This document shows positions 51,205 through 64,000 of a stretch of 64,000 bases of DNA, piece after piece. The DNA is taken from contig NC_042998.1 in assembly GCF_006345805.1 (NCBI RefSeq), positions 145,824,001 through 145,888,000 on the forward strand, given 5' to 3'. Each line of letters begins with the position of its first letter. Positions within the stretch are counted from its first letter, which is position 1. The notes below the pieces were generated by a model. That model did not search any database, was not told where the DNA came from, and saw nothing but the letters and a program-made list of their open reading frames with translations. The position numbers and the translations under genes are program-made. This DNA is from Octopus sinensis (lineage: Eukaryota).

Positions 51205-53045
51205 ACGAAGAGTTGAAAATTTTGGCCAAGGTACTAGCAAAAAGGTTGGCGCGTGTCGCGGGTGGTCTCATCGGGGAGGCGCAAACTTGCACCATTCCCG
51301 GCAGGACTATCCAGGACAATCTCCACTTTTTACGCTATGCCTTAGCGAGGGTAAATAGGCTTCCTGGCAAGGGTGGAGCTTTGATCCATTTTGACCAATC
51401 TAAAGCCTTTGACAGGGTTGACCATAGGTACCTGGTGCCAGTCCTCGTAGCGGTCGGATTTGGATCATTGATTTATACAGCAACATCGATCGATCGTTCG
51501 GGTGAACTGTTTCTTCTCGAAGCTGTTCTGCATCAAGCGTTGGATGCGTCAAGGATGTCCACTATCCTCACTTCTGTATATGTTGGCTCTGGAGCCTTTA
51601 CTGCGGAAGTTGGAGGATATGAGGGACGTCCCGCATGATCTCGATTGCGGTAAGATCGGTTACGGCGTATGCGGATGACATCACCATCATCATGTCCGAG
51701 GTGGACAACCTACAGAGGATAGGTGAGGTCATCAAGGAGTACGTGGCTGTGGCAGGGGCAAAATTTAACCAGGATAAATCAGTCGGCTTGCAACGCGGTA
51801 CCTGGAGTGGCAAATCGATACCTCCTAACAATATCGTCGGGCGTTGGACGGAGGGGCCAGTTAAATTTCTTGGAGTTTGGTTAGGTCCGGATCTCTGGAT
51901 AGAGAAGAATTAAAGCGAGGTGGTGAGCAGGGTGACCAACTTAACTCAGACCTGATCTGAGCGGTTGCAATCCCTGAAAGGGAAGGCGGAGATCGCAAAT
52001 GTGTTTATCGCACCTGTGATTACCTACCGCCTGACCGTCCTGTCTTGTCCCGATTCGTGGCTAAGCAAGGCGGAACGATTGCTCTTCCGCTTTTTGTGAA
52101 GGGGCAGGAGTCCACTTGTAAGGCGCTCTATCTGCTGCCAACAGCTGCTAAAGGGTGGGTTAGGGATGCCGTGGCTAATGATGCGCAGGCATGCACTGAG
52201 GCATCTCTGGCTCTACCTGGATGGTGAACGGATGTGGTCTCCGTTCTTCAAACTGATCCTTCCTAGGTTCGTTAGTTTCGATGAATTGGAACCGAGGATT
52301 AAGCATAGACCAAAGTTGGGCGCGTGGCAAGCCGAATGTCGGCAGGCACTCGCACTTCTCTGCCGGATGGGTAATGCCGGTGGCGAGGGTTCCACCTCAT
52401 CATTCTATAGAGGGCTGGTAGAGGCAAAGTGTGACGATGATCTGGGGGAAGCCTTGGGCTTCGACGAAGGTCAGCTTGTTGGTTTGTTCTGAAGGACATT
52501 TGGGCCGGAGACTTTGGACAACTTCCAAAGGTCTCTGGCTTGGCAATGTGAGCGAGGAGTCTTACCAGTTCGAGATAAACTCGCTAGGCACGGCTATTCA
52601 TGCCAGCCCACTTTCTCAAGATATGAGTAGAGCAGTGAAACTGTTCTGTACCCTATTGTACAGTGTCCAAAAATTACGGAACTGTGGGTACTCGTCGAAC
52701 GACTGCTGTCACGTCTGGGAAGAGTACGGCTCTCTTCCGAGTCGATTATTAAGATTGTTTCCCTCATCCTCCTTCAATAAGGAAGGCAAGGTGTGTTTTT
52801 TCGCTCTGGTAGCATTGGCGAAAGAGGTTGTATGGCGGACGAGAATGAGAGGAGTGGCGACGGGTGCCTTCATCTCCGGCCCTCCGTTGTAAAACAAAGG
52901 AAACAGAAAGGTTCAGTGGTGGATCTGGGTTTGTGGGGTCGAATCCGTCCCCCACTCCGTTGTGACGTGTTTTGTATTGTATTGTATTTCATTCGATTAT
53001 ATAATAAGTCAAATTTTTAAATTCGATTTTAATGTCTGATCATTC
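51205..53045 (+). mobile_element. Tx1-like LINE, 5'-truncated ORF2 pseudogene with 3'UTR
   Basis: KILAKVLAKRL, IPGRTIQDN, DQSKAFDRVDH, AYADD, KFLGVW, C-terminal region homologous to 29600-30872; AATAAA at ~53068. Confidence 0.92.
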
Positions 53046-53399
53046 TATGTTTGGCCCTTGTGGCTGAAATAAAATCAATTCATTCTCCTCACTTTCGTGA
53101 AAGAACAATCGTTGAGTGGATTATTTGTTGAAGGCTTCTGGCCAGGTACATCGAACTACTAAAATTGTTACTATTAATGTTAATTTGTTGCGTTTTTTCA
53201 AAAGCACACAGCTTGTTCAGCAGGCATGTGTTTTTTATTGTATTTTTTCCCGTTCTGGATGAACAGTAGGATGCCGGAAATGGACGACGAGAAGGAATGA
53301 GCAGGAGGCTACGCGTCGGTGGCTGGTAAACAGAACAAGACAGTACCAAGTTAAACATGAGTGAAATTAAGATCCTCAATATTAATGCAAGTGAATGTT

Positions 53400-54212
53400 T
53401 CCATTATACAGAAAGGTAGGGGTCGAAAGTGAAGTTAACTCCCCCGAAGAAATTTAAAAACGTGAGAAGAAAAACAGTAACGTTTACTCCGAAAGAAGAA
53501 TGAAGTGGCTCCGGAGGAGGTCATTGAAAAATGTCTCGAACCAATGAAAGAAGTCATCTCCTGCTACATCCGTGGTAAGAAGTACGGTATAGTGGAGGTA
53601 AGATTTGCCACTGTAGAGGTGTATTGTCCGAGAATATCGGAACTGTGGGTTTACATCGAACAGCTGCTGTCATCTCTAGGAGGAGTACAATTGTCCTCCG
53701 AGTCAATCATTAAGATTGTTCCACCTTCTTCATTTAATCGAGAAGTATAGGTTTGTTTTCTCGCTGTGGTTGCTATAGCAAAAGAAGTGGGTTGGAAGAC
53801 AAGAATGAAAGGAGTAGCGACAGGCACCTTAATCTCTGCTCTCGCTCTAGTGAGTTTTGTTTTTTTTATTTTCCATCTTAAAAGGAAAATAAGATTGGAG
53901 AAGAGGTGTCTATCGCGTGATATATATAGAAAAAGATGGAAGGATGTGGCGCGAGAGTTAAAAATAAGTGACTCCTCTTGAGTGTAAGCCATAGAAGTAA
54001 GGTAAGGCTTCAGTAGCGGACCGAGGTTTATGGGGTCGAAACTGTACCCGGCACCCACTCCGTTGTATTGTCCCATTGTTTTGTGTTTTCATCCGTTTTA
54101 TGTAATAATTTTTATAATATCATTTTAATGTAATAATCATTCGCGACACCACTGTGTATTTGTATTATCCCCCTCTATGTTTGGTCTCCTATGAGCAATA
54201 GAGAAATCATTC
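53400..54212 (+). mobile_element. Tx1-like deletion derivative (ORF1-like start joined to ORF2 end and 3'UTR)
   Basis: APEEVIEKCLEPM..GIVEVRFAT runs in frame into CPRISELWVYIEQLLS..IIKIVPPSSFNRE, homologous to 52665-52880. Confidence 0.65.
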
Positions 54213-54568
54213 GTTTCCCGAATGTAGCAAGCATGCCAAGACTGAGACGAAATCAGAGGGAGTAAGGCATTGGATGTCTCCATGCTGGTCAGCGTACATG
54301 AGTCATTGCTAATGAGTTGAACTGCAATTGAACAGCTGGGGGAATAATACAATGCTACAAACGGCACGAATGATCGACCACGCAGTGGCCGACGAGGGTT
54401 ACAACAGCACGTCAAGATCGCCACTTGCACCGACAGCAATTGCAGGACCGATTTTTAAATAGCACTCTTCAATCAATGCTATGGTTAGTCTGTTGATTTA
54501 GTAGTTGTTTTTTATTTAGTATGTGTGCGACGTTTCTTTTGTGATTCAGTTTATATATATATATATAT

Positions 54569-54634
<66 letters not shown>

Positions 54635-54961
54635 TTTCGTTAGCGATGAATCGTTTTCATTCAATAGATTCCTGATATTTTAAAAGGTAATAACACCTTG
54701 TCCAATTAACGTTAAATGTTTATATGATGAGTTACCAATCAATTATCACGGCACAACTTATAAACATTTACAGGTTAGCAAATTGTCTAAAATACTCGCG
54801 CAGTTTAATGATCACGTACGCGTAATTCTGAGTATCAATTTTCCATTTTTTCTTTCTTTTTTTTTCTTCGGCTTCGCTAAAATGCAATTTAATTCTATCT
54901 TTGGTATTCGAGTTCTATTTTCACCGCCTTTTTCTTGAACACCTATGCTCTCGCACATATA

Positions 54962-55055
<94 letters not shown>

Positions 55056-55074
55056 CAATAGGCCATGTATATAA

Positions 55075-55365
55075 ACTTGGCCTAGTGATTAGTGTGTTGC
55101 ACTCACGATTGCGAGATCGTGGTTTCAATTCCTAAACCGAGTGTTACGTTGTGTTCTTGAGCAAAACACTTCATCTTACGTTGCTCTGCGATCACTTCAA
55201 CATTTGACGTGTGGTAAACTCTGCGCCTGTTCAGGTAACATCGATTTGATGGAGGGAGTAAGATTATGTACATTACATACATTTGATCACTATAAAAACA
55301 AATCATTTGCGCAGGTCGTTCGATAAAATCTGAACACTCATACGTCGTCTTCGACGGCAGTGTCT
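55075..55365 (+). mobile_element. SINE family C, full length
   Basis: A-box TGGCCTAGTGATTAG, B-box-like GGTTTCAATTCC, then GTGTTCTTGAGCAAAACACTTCATCT. Confidence 0.8.
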
Positions 55366-55621
55366 ATTATATGTGTGTATGTGTGTGTGTGTGTGTGTAT
55401 TTACTTTTGATCAACTGAAATTCGAATGAAGCCAACTACTTCACGTCATTCGAATCTGCCAATAATATAAAAGGTTCAGATTCATGCCTTCCTCAATTAG
55501 AAAACTTAACTGCCTCATTACTTAATAGTAATGATCTGAAGAATCATGCACTAATTTTTAAGGTTCAAGGTCAATCTGTTAATGATATATATATATGTGT
55601 GTGTATATGGATATATATATG

Positions 55622-55658
<37 letters not shown>

Positions 55659-55662
55659 ATAT

Positions 55663-55708
<46 letters not shown>

Positions 55709-55932
55709 TATATATATATATAAAGACAGAGAGGGGCGGGACAGAGAAAGGGTGGGACAGAGAGAGGTAAGAAAGAAAGATGTATATATGTATTATGTAT
55801 TTCTATGTAGGTGCGCGTTTAGAGTTAGAATGAAAGATGATTTTATATATATGTATATATATATAATATATGTATATATACATATATATGTATGTATGTT
55901 TGTATGTATGTATGTGTGTATATGTATATATA

Positions 55933-56034
<102 letters not shown>

Positions 56035-56759
56035 ACGAAAGAAGGTTTGAAAATGCAATTTTAAAAGATGTTTATTTACCGGTTTCACTCTTTGGAAAAA
56101 GATTGTCAAAAGTAACATGTAAAAGTTTGGTTGTGTTAATTATTGGTTGTTACAAAATGCTACATTGCATATATACGGTCTTTGGTAACAAGAACATGTT
56201 AAAGACATAAGAAAGTTTAACAAGTTCCTTAAAATATTGGGCATAAAAGATTACAACATAAATATACATTCTCAAGAAAATGTTAAAGATAGTTTCCAGA
56301 AGGAATTGTTAAAAAGTTCAGTGGGATATTGGTATTGTATCTGTATATTCAAACACGCACAGAATATTGGTTGTCACAGAGTACTACAATACATATATAT
56401 ACATTCTTTGGTGACAAGAGCATGTTAAGAACATAAAAAAGTTTAACAAGTCCATTGAAATATTGGGCACAAAAGATTACAACTAATATATACATTCTCA
56501 AGAAAATATAAAAGATAGTTTCCAGAAGAAATTATTAAAAATTCAGTGGGACATTATAATAGTAGGGAAGCTCAAATTGACCTGTCCACCATGTTAATGC
56601 AAAATACTATTATCTATTTCAAGGGACACTCTAGGTGTGTTTGGGTGGGGGGAAGGAAGAGTAATGTGGAACTGAAAAGAATTTCTCCTTTTTGTCTCTC
56701 CTTCACGCCGGTAAAGTAAATAAACATCTTTTAAAATTGCATTTTCAACCTTCTTTCGT
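56035..56759. mobile_element. (TA)n-embedded element with ~45-bp inverted ends and ~190-bp internal duplication
   Basis: 56035-56079 is the reverse complement of 56716-56759; 56140-56330 repeats at 56365-56555; degenerate hammerhead (GAAACCGGTA) on minus strand at ~56073-56115. Confidence 0.7.
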
Positions 56760-56818
56760 TTATAATTCCACACGTGCGATACCCTACAACTCCACTTTGT
56801 TTTATATATATATATAAT

Positions 56819-56865
<47 letters not shown>

Positions 56866-56868
<3 letters not shown>

Positions 56869-57240
56869 ACGGCCATCCAATAAATGTCTTAAGGCTGTAT
56901 CATGCGTGGGGACATAGAAATAATCGGACTGAATACCCGATCGCGCGGTTAAACCATTGGGAGCGAAGGACTCCTAGCCTTTGTTAGGGCATCCTTCTAG
57001 GAGAAGGTAACTCAGGTAACTTGGATAACTCCGACATAAGACCTGCGGCTCAGTGGTTACCGATGGTGTTGACTTGTTCTTCTTTTCGGATTATGGCTGC
57101 TGTTGCTTAGTGAGTGGGATTGACTCAGTGCAAAGCCTTTCCTCACTTTAAAAAAAATCTTCTTGCACAGGCATTGCACGATAACAACTTTGATTAAGCT
57201 TCGTGCAATGGCCATACTCGATAACGAGGGGGTAGCCACC
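56866..57240 (+). mobile_element. GC-richer structured fragment resembling an RTE-type 5'UTR
   Basis: CTCCTAGCC..GGCATCCTTCTAGGAGAAGGTAACTC motif recalled from RTE 5' regions; TA-rich flanks. Confidence 0.4.
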
Positions 57241-57346
57241 ATATATACATATATACGTATATAGATAGATAGATTTATAGATAGATATACACATGTACAT
57301 GAGTATGCATGTTTCTATTTGTGTGTGTGTTTAAAGATAGAATATG

Positions 57347-57393
<47 letters not shown>

Positions 57394-57487
57394 TAAATGT
57401 GTTGCCACATACATATGTAATATATATACATATGAATATATTATACATATATATGTATGTTATATGTATGTATATGTTTATATGTTT

Positions 57488-57564
<77 letters not shown>

Positions 57565-57867
57565 GTTTTTCTTGTAGTGTACGTCACTATGATTTTACTC
57601 TATGATTCTATTGCTATCTTTCAGAAGAAAAAGACATAGAAATTCTGTTTAAATATTTTTATTGTTTTTGTACCTCTTGACGTTTCGATGTGTGTTTTTG
57701 TTTGTTTACATGACATTTCATTTCAACGAAGGCTACATATTATAATACTGGTTGTTTGCTTGGCTGTCCCCTCTGTCTTATCAAATTATATATAGATAGA
57801 TACATGTGTGGGGGTTGTATACACATATATATACATATATATACATATATACATATATACATATATA

Positions 57868-57913
<46 letters not shown>

Positions 57914-57917
57914 TATG

Positions 57918-57948
<31 letters not shown>

Positions 57949-58223
57949 GTGTATACACACACACATATATATATACATATATATGTATATATGTATATGT
58001 GTGCATACATATATATACATATAGATATATATATATATGTATATATACATATAATATATAGGTCACCTTCTCTGTGATGCTATCAAAACTTTTTTAAAAT
58101 TCTGTGATAAGACTATACATCATCTTTAAGGAACTTTAATGAACTTTAGAAATCTGTTTAATTATCTACATTACTTCATGAGTATAGCCTCAAACACTAG
58201 GATGTCTAGAGAACTTACATGTA

Positions 58224-58313
58224 TTTTAGCTGATGAGTACGGGACTCGTTTATATGCTGTAATCTTTGCAACTTTAATAAAACCTGTCCTTGTATGAAAC
58301 GATCGTACTAAAA
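58224..58313 (+). ncRNA. Type I hammerhead ribozyme, intact core
   Basis: TTTTAG-CTGATGA-GTAC-GGGAC..GTCCT-T-GTAT-GAAA-CGATC-GTA-CTAAAA; 6-bp stem I, palindromic stem III ACGATCGT; cut predicted after 58307. Confidence 0.9.
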
Positions 58314-59077
58314 CCTATCCATTCTTGTTGCTTCTTTCTCGCTTATAATCACCCCACATTACTGTATTGTTAATCAGTATAGTTTTTTTTGGTGCATCTA
58401 AGTTAGGTACCATATTCAAGTAAATTTTTTAATTAACTTGAATCTTTATTGCTCTTTGTACATATATATATATATATATAATATTCGCACAGACACACAC
58501 GCATACCATACACATACACATACCTATATATATATGTGTGTGTGTGTGTTTGTGTGCATGCATGCATACATACATACATACATACATACATACATACATA
58601 CATACATACATACATACATACATACATACATACATACATACATACATACATACTACATACATATATATATTACTAGTCTTTTCCACATTCAAAAATAACA
58701 ATATTATTTCTCCTCGTTCGTTCTCCTTCGTAACTCTTCTGCTTATACAAGATGACTTCTTTCGATACCCTTTTTTTTCTATCTACTCCGGATATGAAAA
58801 CCGGTTTATTAACCAGTCAATATAAAAATATTGCCAACTGATGCAAAAGGGCTTTGATTCAGAGCGGAAACATCGTGTTTCATGTTCTGATAGGCAATTA
58901 CATACTTACAAATATAATAAGTGATGTCTGATAACAATAGCTGCAAGAAATACATGATGGGAAAAAATTCTGGCTTGTCTCGGAGATATTTCATTTCCCC
59001 AAATAGAACCACGATGAATTAAAGCTTCCAATATTAAAGAGGTATGTCTGTTTAAGAGAAAATATGTGTGCATCTGC

Positions 59078-59112
<35 letters not shown>

Positions 59113-59189
59113 GTGTGTGTGTGTTTGTTTGTATGTAAGGTATATACACATATGCGTGTATATATGTATGTATGCATGTATGTATGTAT

Positions 59190-59516
59190 ATATTTGTTAA
59201 TACATTCACAGTATAGGTAAAGAGATTCTCTTTCATTAAAAGTTATTAATTATGTAAAGTCGTTTTAAAAAAACAGATTAACAGAGACCTGATTGAAGAA
59301 AGTTTTTGTGAACGTATTTCCCTATTTTCAGCTTTTTAAACACATCCGTTATGAAGTAAACTGGATATTAATAGTAACCGTTCGCTGAAAAATGCGAAAG
59401 ACGCTTATATAAAAACTTGTATTCATTTGCTTTTTAAAAGATTTACCTCATATATTTAATCATTTTTAATTCAAGTCACTTCTTTCAGGTATGTGTGTAT
59501 GTGTGTGTGAATGTGT

Positions 59517-59613
<97 letters not shown>

Positions 59614-59951
59614 CATGTTATTTGAATCTTAATGGTTGCCGGATTGTGTAAGTGCGCTATGTGACTCTTTCCGATTTCTGCACCATCCGAGCATGAAACT
59701 TGCAGTAGATAATTTATAACTCCTGAAGTCATTAAACTATATTTCTCTCTTATTGTTAGATGGAGTACTTTTTGGCAGATCCAATAACGCTGAAATATAT
59801 CAGTAGCTGACATTACTGAAATATTTCTGTGTTTTTTCTTTTCTCTTTTTTTTTAAGATTGCACGTCTATAATAGATATTATCTCAGGATAGACATTGGT
59901 GTGTTTGCTTAATAGTGATGCACAAATACTCTTTCTGTCGCACAAAACGAA

Positions 59952-59987
<36 letters not shown>

Positions 59988-60408
59988 TGTATGTATGCAT
60001 GCATGTATATGTATATGTGTGTGTATGGGGGGGTCACCATCACCATCATGTGGGATCCCTATCACTTTATTATTTCCCTTTCTTCCAACCTCTTCTTTCA
60101 AACTTTTTTCTAATCAGTAGCCATGCTTGACCGCTAAATCTAAAGGTTATTTTCATTTTCTCTCTGTTTAGTTTCTCTCATTCCTTTGTGTTGAAGAGCG
60201 TAGGCTCGAAACGTAAAAAAAACTTTTTCATTTCCCAAGCGTCCATCTAATATACTTATTTGTTGTTCATACACCTGTCTTCGTCTTTTGTTTCTCTATA
60301 AATTTCAACTCTCTCTATTATGTGTGTGTGTTTTTATGTAAGAAATATACACATATGGATGTATATATGTATATATGTATATATGCATATGAATATATCT
60401 GTATGTGA

Positions 60409-60443
<35 letters not shown>

Positions 60444-60457
60444 TATATATAAATATA

Positions 60458-60509
<52 letters not shown>

Positions 60510-60516
60510 ATATATA

Positions 60517-60552
<36 letters not shown>

Positions 60553-60724
60553 TGTATGTATATATGTGTATATATATTTGTTAATATTCACAGTAAAGGA
60601 AAAGAGATTCTTTTTCATTAAAAGTTATTAATTATGTAGTCGTTTTAAAAAATCAGATTAACAGAGACCTGATGGAAGGAAGTTTTTGTGAATGTATTTC
60701 CCTATTTTCAGCTTTTTAAACACA
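59190..60724 (+). repeat. ~150-bp direct duplication (59190-59344 and 60576-60724)
   Basis: ATTTGTTAATA..TTCACAGTA..CAGATTAACAGAGACCTGAT..CAGCTTTTTAAACACA occurs twice, each after a TA/TATG tract. Confidence 0.85.
60184..60220 (+). ncRNA. Minimal hammerhead-like motif (degenerate, family of 4130-4170)
   Basis: TTT-GTGTTGA-A-GAGC-GTAG-GCTC-GAAA-C-GTA-AAA. Confidence 0.4.
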
Positions 60725-63284
60725 CCCTGATAATTAATTTTTACTTTTGCATTTGCTAGGCTACAGTGTCTTATTGTAGTAGTTTATAAATCAGTTAAAG
60801 ATGTATTCATTCGATGATTAAAATTCCTAACTTCTCATTGATCCCTTTAGCTTCTTGATGAAGTCGAGTGAATATTTCGGTTTTTTGTACACGTACAGTG
60901 ATTTCGAGTTTAAATTTCATATATCTGCGAATGACTATTAATTTAGCCCACGACCATGTGCGATTAATAAAATCCATTATTACCTTATCAGCATTATGAT
61001 GTTCAGTAAGTTAAGGGGTTTAAGCTTCGTGATTTATGGGAGATTTTGGGTATAAGAGAAATTAAATTAGATACCATCGGAAATCAAATACAGTTTGTTG
61101 AGTTGTCTCCCAGTAAATAAATCTCTTTGCAGTAATCAAACACATACTCTTTCATTGACATATTGTAAATTCACACCAATGGGATCAGAGCCAACGCAGC
61201 TATAACCTATACATAGTCATATACCTTAATAAAAATAGCAACCAAATTCTCCTCAATATCATACCCTGCCATTTTATAAGGGTGAGAAACTTTAGATAAT
61301 GTTATTTTAGATATAACGATGACTTACGTATTTATTCTGAATACGTTCCGTCAGATTCGAACGTAAATATGCTAATCGCTGTTGTGTTATTCACAGGAGA
61401 ACAGTTTCTCTTTTACGAGGAATGTGTGTTCGTAAAACATTTGATTCATTAGTTCAAGGGATTCTAGATATACTTAGTATGAAAAAGAAACCTAAATGAT
61501 AGCAGTTAGAACGTCTTTGACCAAATGTTGGCTCCAACAGGCACCTTTAGCCATAGACTTGACCTTGGGCTAAATAGCGTCCACATCGAAAATCTTAACT
61601 CTAATTATTATTGGTGAGGCGAAATGGGGAGAACAATGACAAAATTAATGTCTTCCTTAAGAACTCTGAGAACGTAAGTGAACTGAAAATTTTTAGTGTT
61701 AACGAAACAGTACCGCAAACAAAATTCTTGAAAAAGAAAGTACCACCACACCCCGGCTCAAGTCATTATTAAGCGAAGAAAAAAGGCGTGTTATTTTTTT
61801 TTTCCGAGATGGGGGTCTGATAGTGCCAATTCTAACAATTATGGAAATGATCCTGATAAAAAGGGAAATCCGTCAATTTGATCCTTAATAGCCCATTCAT
61901 GAATATTTCATGAAATTCAAATCAAATTTATTCTTTTGAAAAAAATTACTTTAAGACCAAGCTAAAAATGAAAATTACGTTATAAATTTATTATTCCTAC
62001 CACCATCATTATCATTACCATCGTCGTCGTCGTTGTCGTCGTATGGTCGTCGTTGTCATCATCGTCGTCAACGTCGTCATCATCATCATCATCATCAGTA
62101 TATTATTAGTTTTTCTAGTTCTTGTTATCTCTGTATAATAATAACCAATATAAATGTTGGTTGATTGGTTGGTTGGTTGGTTGGTTGGTTGGTTGGTTGG
62201 TTTCTCCAGTAACGCTCTACATCATATAGAGGGAGGGAAGTGAAAGAGTAAAGAGAGATACAAAGAAAGTTTACGGGTGAGTGCTTTATGGCAGGCAATG
62301 AGTTAAAATGCAAGAGAAGGAAGCAGGACGTGTCTTCTGTGGGGATCGACCAAGATCCTCAATGAAAATACATCAGATCTGTTGATTGGATAACGGGTAG
62401 GTCTTCGCTGAGAAGCGCTCAACCAGCCGTGAGATGGTCTGTCATGAGACTTCCCCTCTTTACTAAAATATAGACAGAATGTGATTACATTCCAATTTCA
62501 TCTATAATTAAGATTTACAATATTTAAATTTGTCAATTCTTCTGATTCCCGCTGTTGTGCATAGAATATATATTAGAGGGATTAACCCTAATTCATACAT
62601 CTGATTGTCCCTATTTCCAGATCTTTATATCTAAATAATTTCGTCATTTTTTAACAGATACTTTAAACTTCGTTAGGTAGAATACACATAAAAAAATATG
62701 TTGTTTCTTAGTAGGAAAACCTCGGTATTATGCAGCAATCAAAAATCTTTCTCTTTCAGCTTTCATTCCTGTACTTTTCAACCAAAGCTATATTTTTTTT
62801 TTTTGCCTTTATCCAATTTTTCTTTATTTGGTCTTGTCATATGTTTGGCAATGTTAAGGTTTTTCATGCTATCATCTTCACATGACATTTTACCATTTTC
62901 AGTTTCGTTTCTTATATATATATATTTGTTTTTGTTTCTCCTTCCTCCTCGTAGCAGTTTGTTATCCTAAACCATGTTTTCTGTTTTTGTATATAATTGT
63001 TTTCTCTTGAACACGGAAACAGTTTGTTTTGCTTATATTTTATAGTTACTTGTATTAGTTTACCTTTATTTATTTTTTCACTTTGTATTTAATAATAGTT
63101 TCTAGTTACAGAAGATCCCTAAGGTTTAATGTTCGTGATAAATATAGTCCTTCTGCATCGACTTTCGGGTACTATATTCTAAATGCCATCATCACTTCTC
63201 CTTATTTCTATCTTCCACTTCAGAATATTGTAGCTATAAGCTTCCCCCACCCCACCCATTAGTTATATCTATGTGAAGTCTCAT

Positions 63285-63545
63285 GACCTAGTGGTTAGAG
63301 TATTGCACTCATGATCGTATAATCATGGTTTCGATTCCCTGATCAGATATTGCTTTGTGTTCTTGAGCAAAACACTTCATTTTACATTGTTCCAGTCCAC
63401 TTAGCTGTAAATGATTTCCAGCAATAGCTGGGAAGTCAGCCCTGCAACGGATCGGCGTCCCGATCATTGAGGCAGGGACTATTATGATCTCAGTCACTTA
63501 CATGCCATGGAAACTGGGATAAGCTTCGACTTTATGGCTCCTATG
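63285..63545 (+). mobile_element. SINE with family C head and a different body
   Basis: TGACCTAGTGGTTAG A-box, GGTTTCGATTCC B-box, GTGTTCTTGAGCAAAACACTTCATTT. Confidence 0.75.
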
Positions 63546-63589
63546 GATCACAAAAGACATAAGTCCTAAGTTTAAATAAGTTATGTCAA

Positions 63590-63869
63590 GATGAAAGAAC
63601 TGTATATATGGCCGTCAAAGACTCTCCCAGAACAGTGAGACTAGGGTGGTTAACGTTGTATTTAAAAAGTTGCGGATCGACGACTGCTCGAAAGATATGT
63701 ACAGGGAGGGAGTTCCAGAACGGTGACGTTTTGGGGAAGATAAACTGGGTATAGTGGTTAGAGCTGTCTGTAAAGGGAGCATTATGTGGGGAGAGAAGAG
63801 ACGAGTGACTCGGGAGTGACAAACTCGAAATGACATTAAACCAGCCAACTCTGAACAGAGGCCATTATA

Positions 63870-63870
<1 letters not shown>
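63590..63870 (-). mobile_element. CR1/L2/Jockey-like LINE 3' end
   Basis: FIFPKTSPFWNSLP..FKYNVN resembles the SFFPRT..WNSLP terminal motif. Confidence 0.65.
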
Positions 63871-63926
<56 letters not shown>

Positions 63927-64000
63927 AAAAGATAGACAAGATAGCACTATGTAGGCCAGAGAGTGATCTGAGACATTTATGTGTGTGCAAGCAGCAGCAC

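Noticed and set aside
57020-57065. TAACTCCG..GGTTAC resembling a twister ribozyme start
   Set aside because: The conserved GGUCCCAAGCCC-type segment and pseudoknot partners are missing
58745-58880. GAAAACCGGTT and CTGATGC..GAAAC motifs
   Set aside because: Cores and stems cannot be assembled into a consistent hammerhead

Overview
AT-rich, microsatellite-saturated eukaryotic DNA with no complete host gene. The repeat content suggests a cephalopod (octopus-like) genome; this is inference. Nearly all ORFs in the track are translations of (TA)n/(CA)n/(GATA)n/(TATG)n/(TAA)n repeats. Real coding remnants are all mobile-element derived: two R4/Dong-like RLE LINEs in (TAA)n, three Tx1-like LINE pieces, RTE and CR1/L2-like pieces, a DD37D (maT) transposon, a mariner carrying a nested full-length hAT-Buster element (perfect 8-bp TSD), several MITEs, three tRNA-derived SINE families and two Penelope-like GIY-YIG endonuclease fragments. 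The main unannotated signal is RNA structure. About 18 type I hammerhead-ribozyme motifs can be read by eye. At least 4 have intact cores and many have palindromic (dimer-type) stem III. Most lie in short non-coding elements embedded in (TA)n. At 31448-32283 two inverted, circularly permuted ~400-bp hammerhead-bearing monomers look like integrated copies of a circular RNA (retrozyme-like). A fixed-length ~550-bp non-coding element that sits in (TAA)n beside the Dong LINEs is also present. A few canonical splice signals hint at a large minus-strand host gene (low confidence). All alignments and folds were done by eye; boundaries of degraded elements are approximate.
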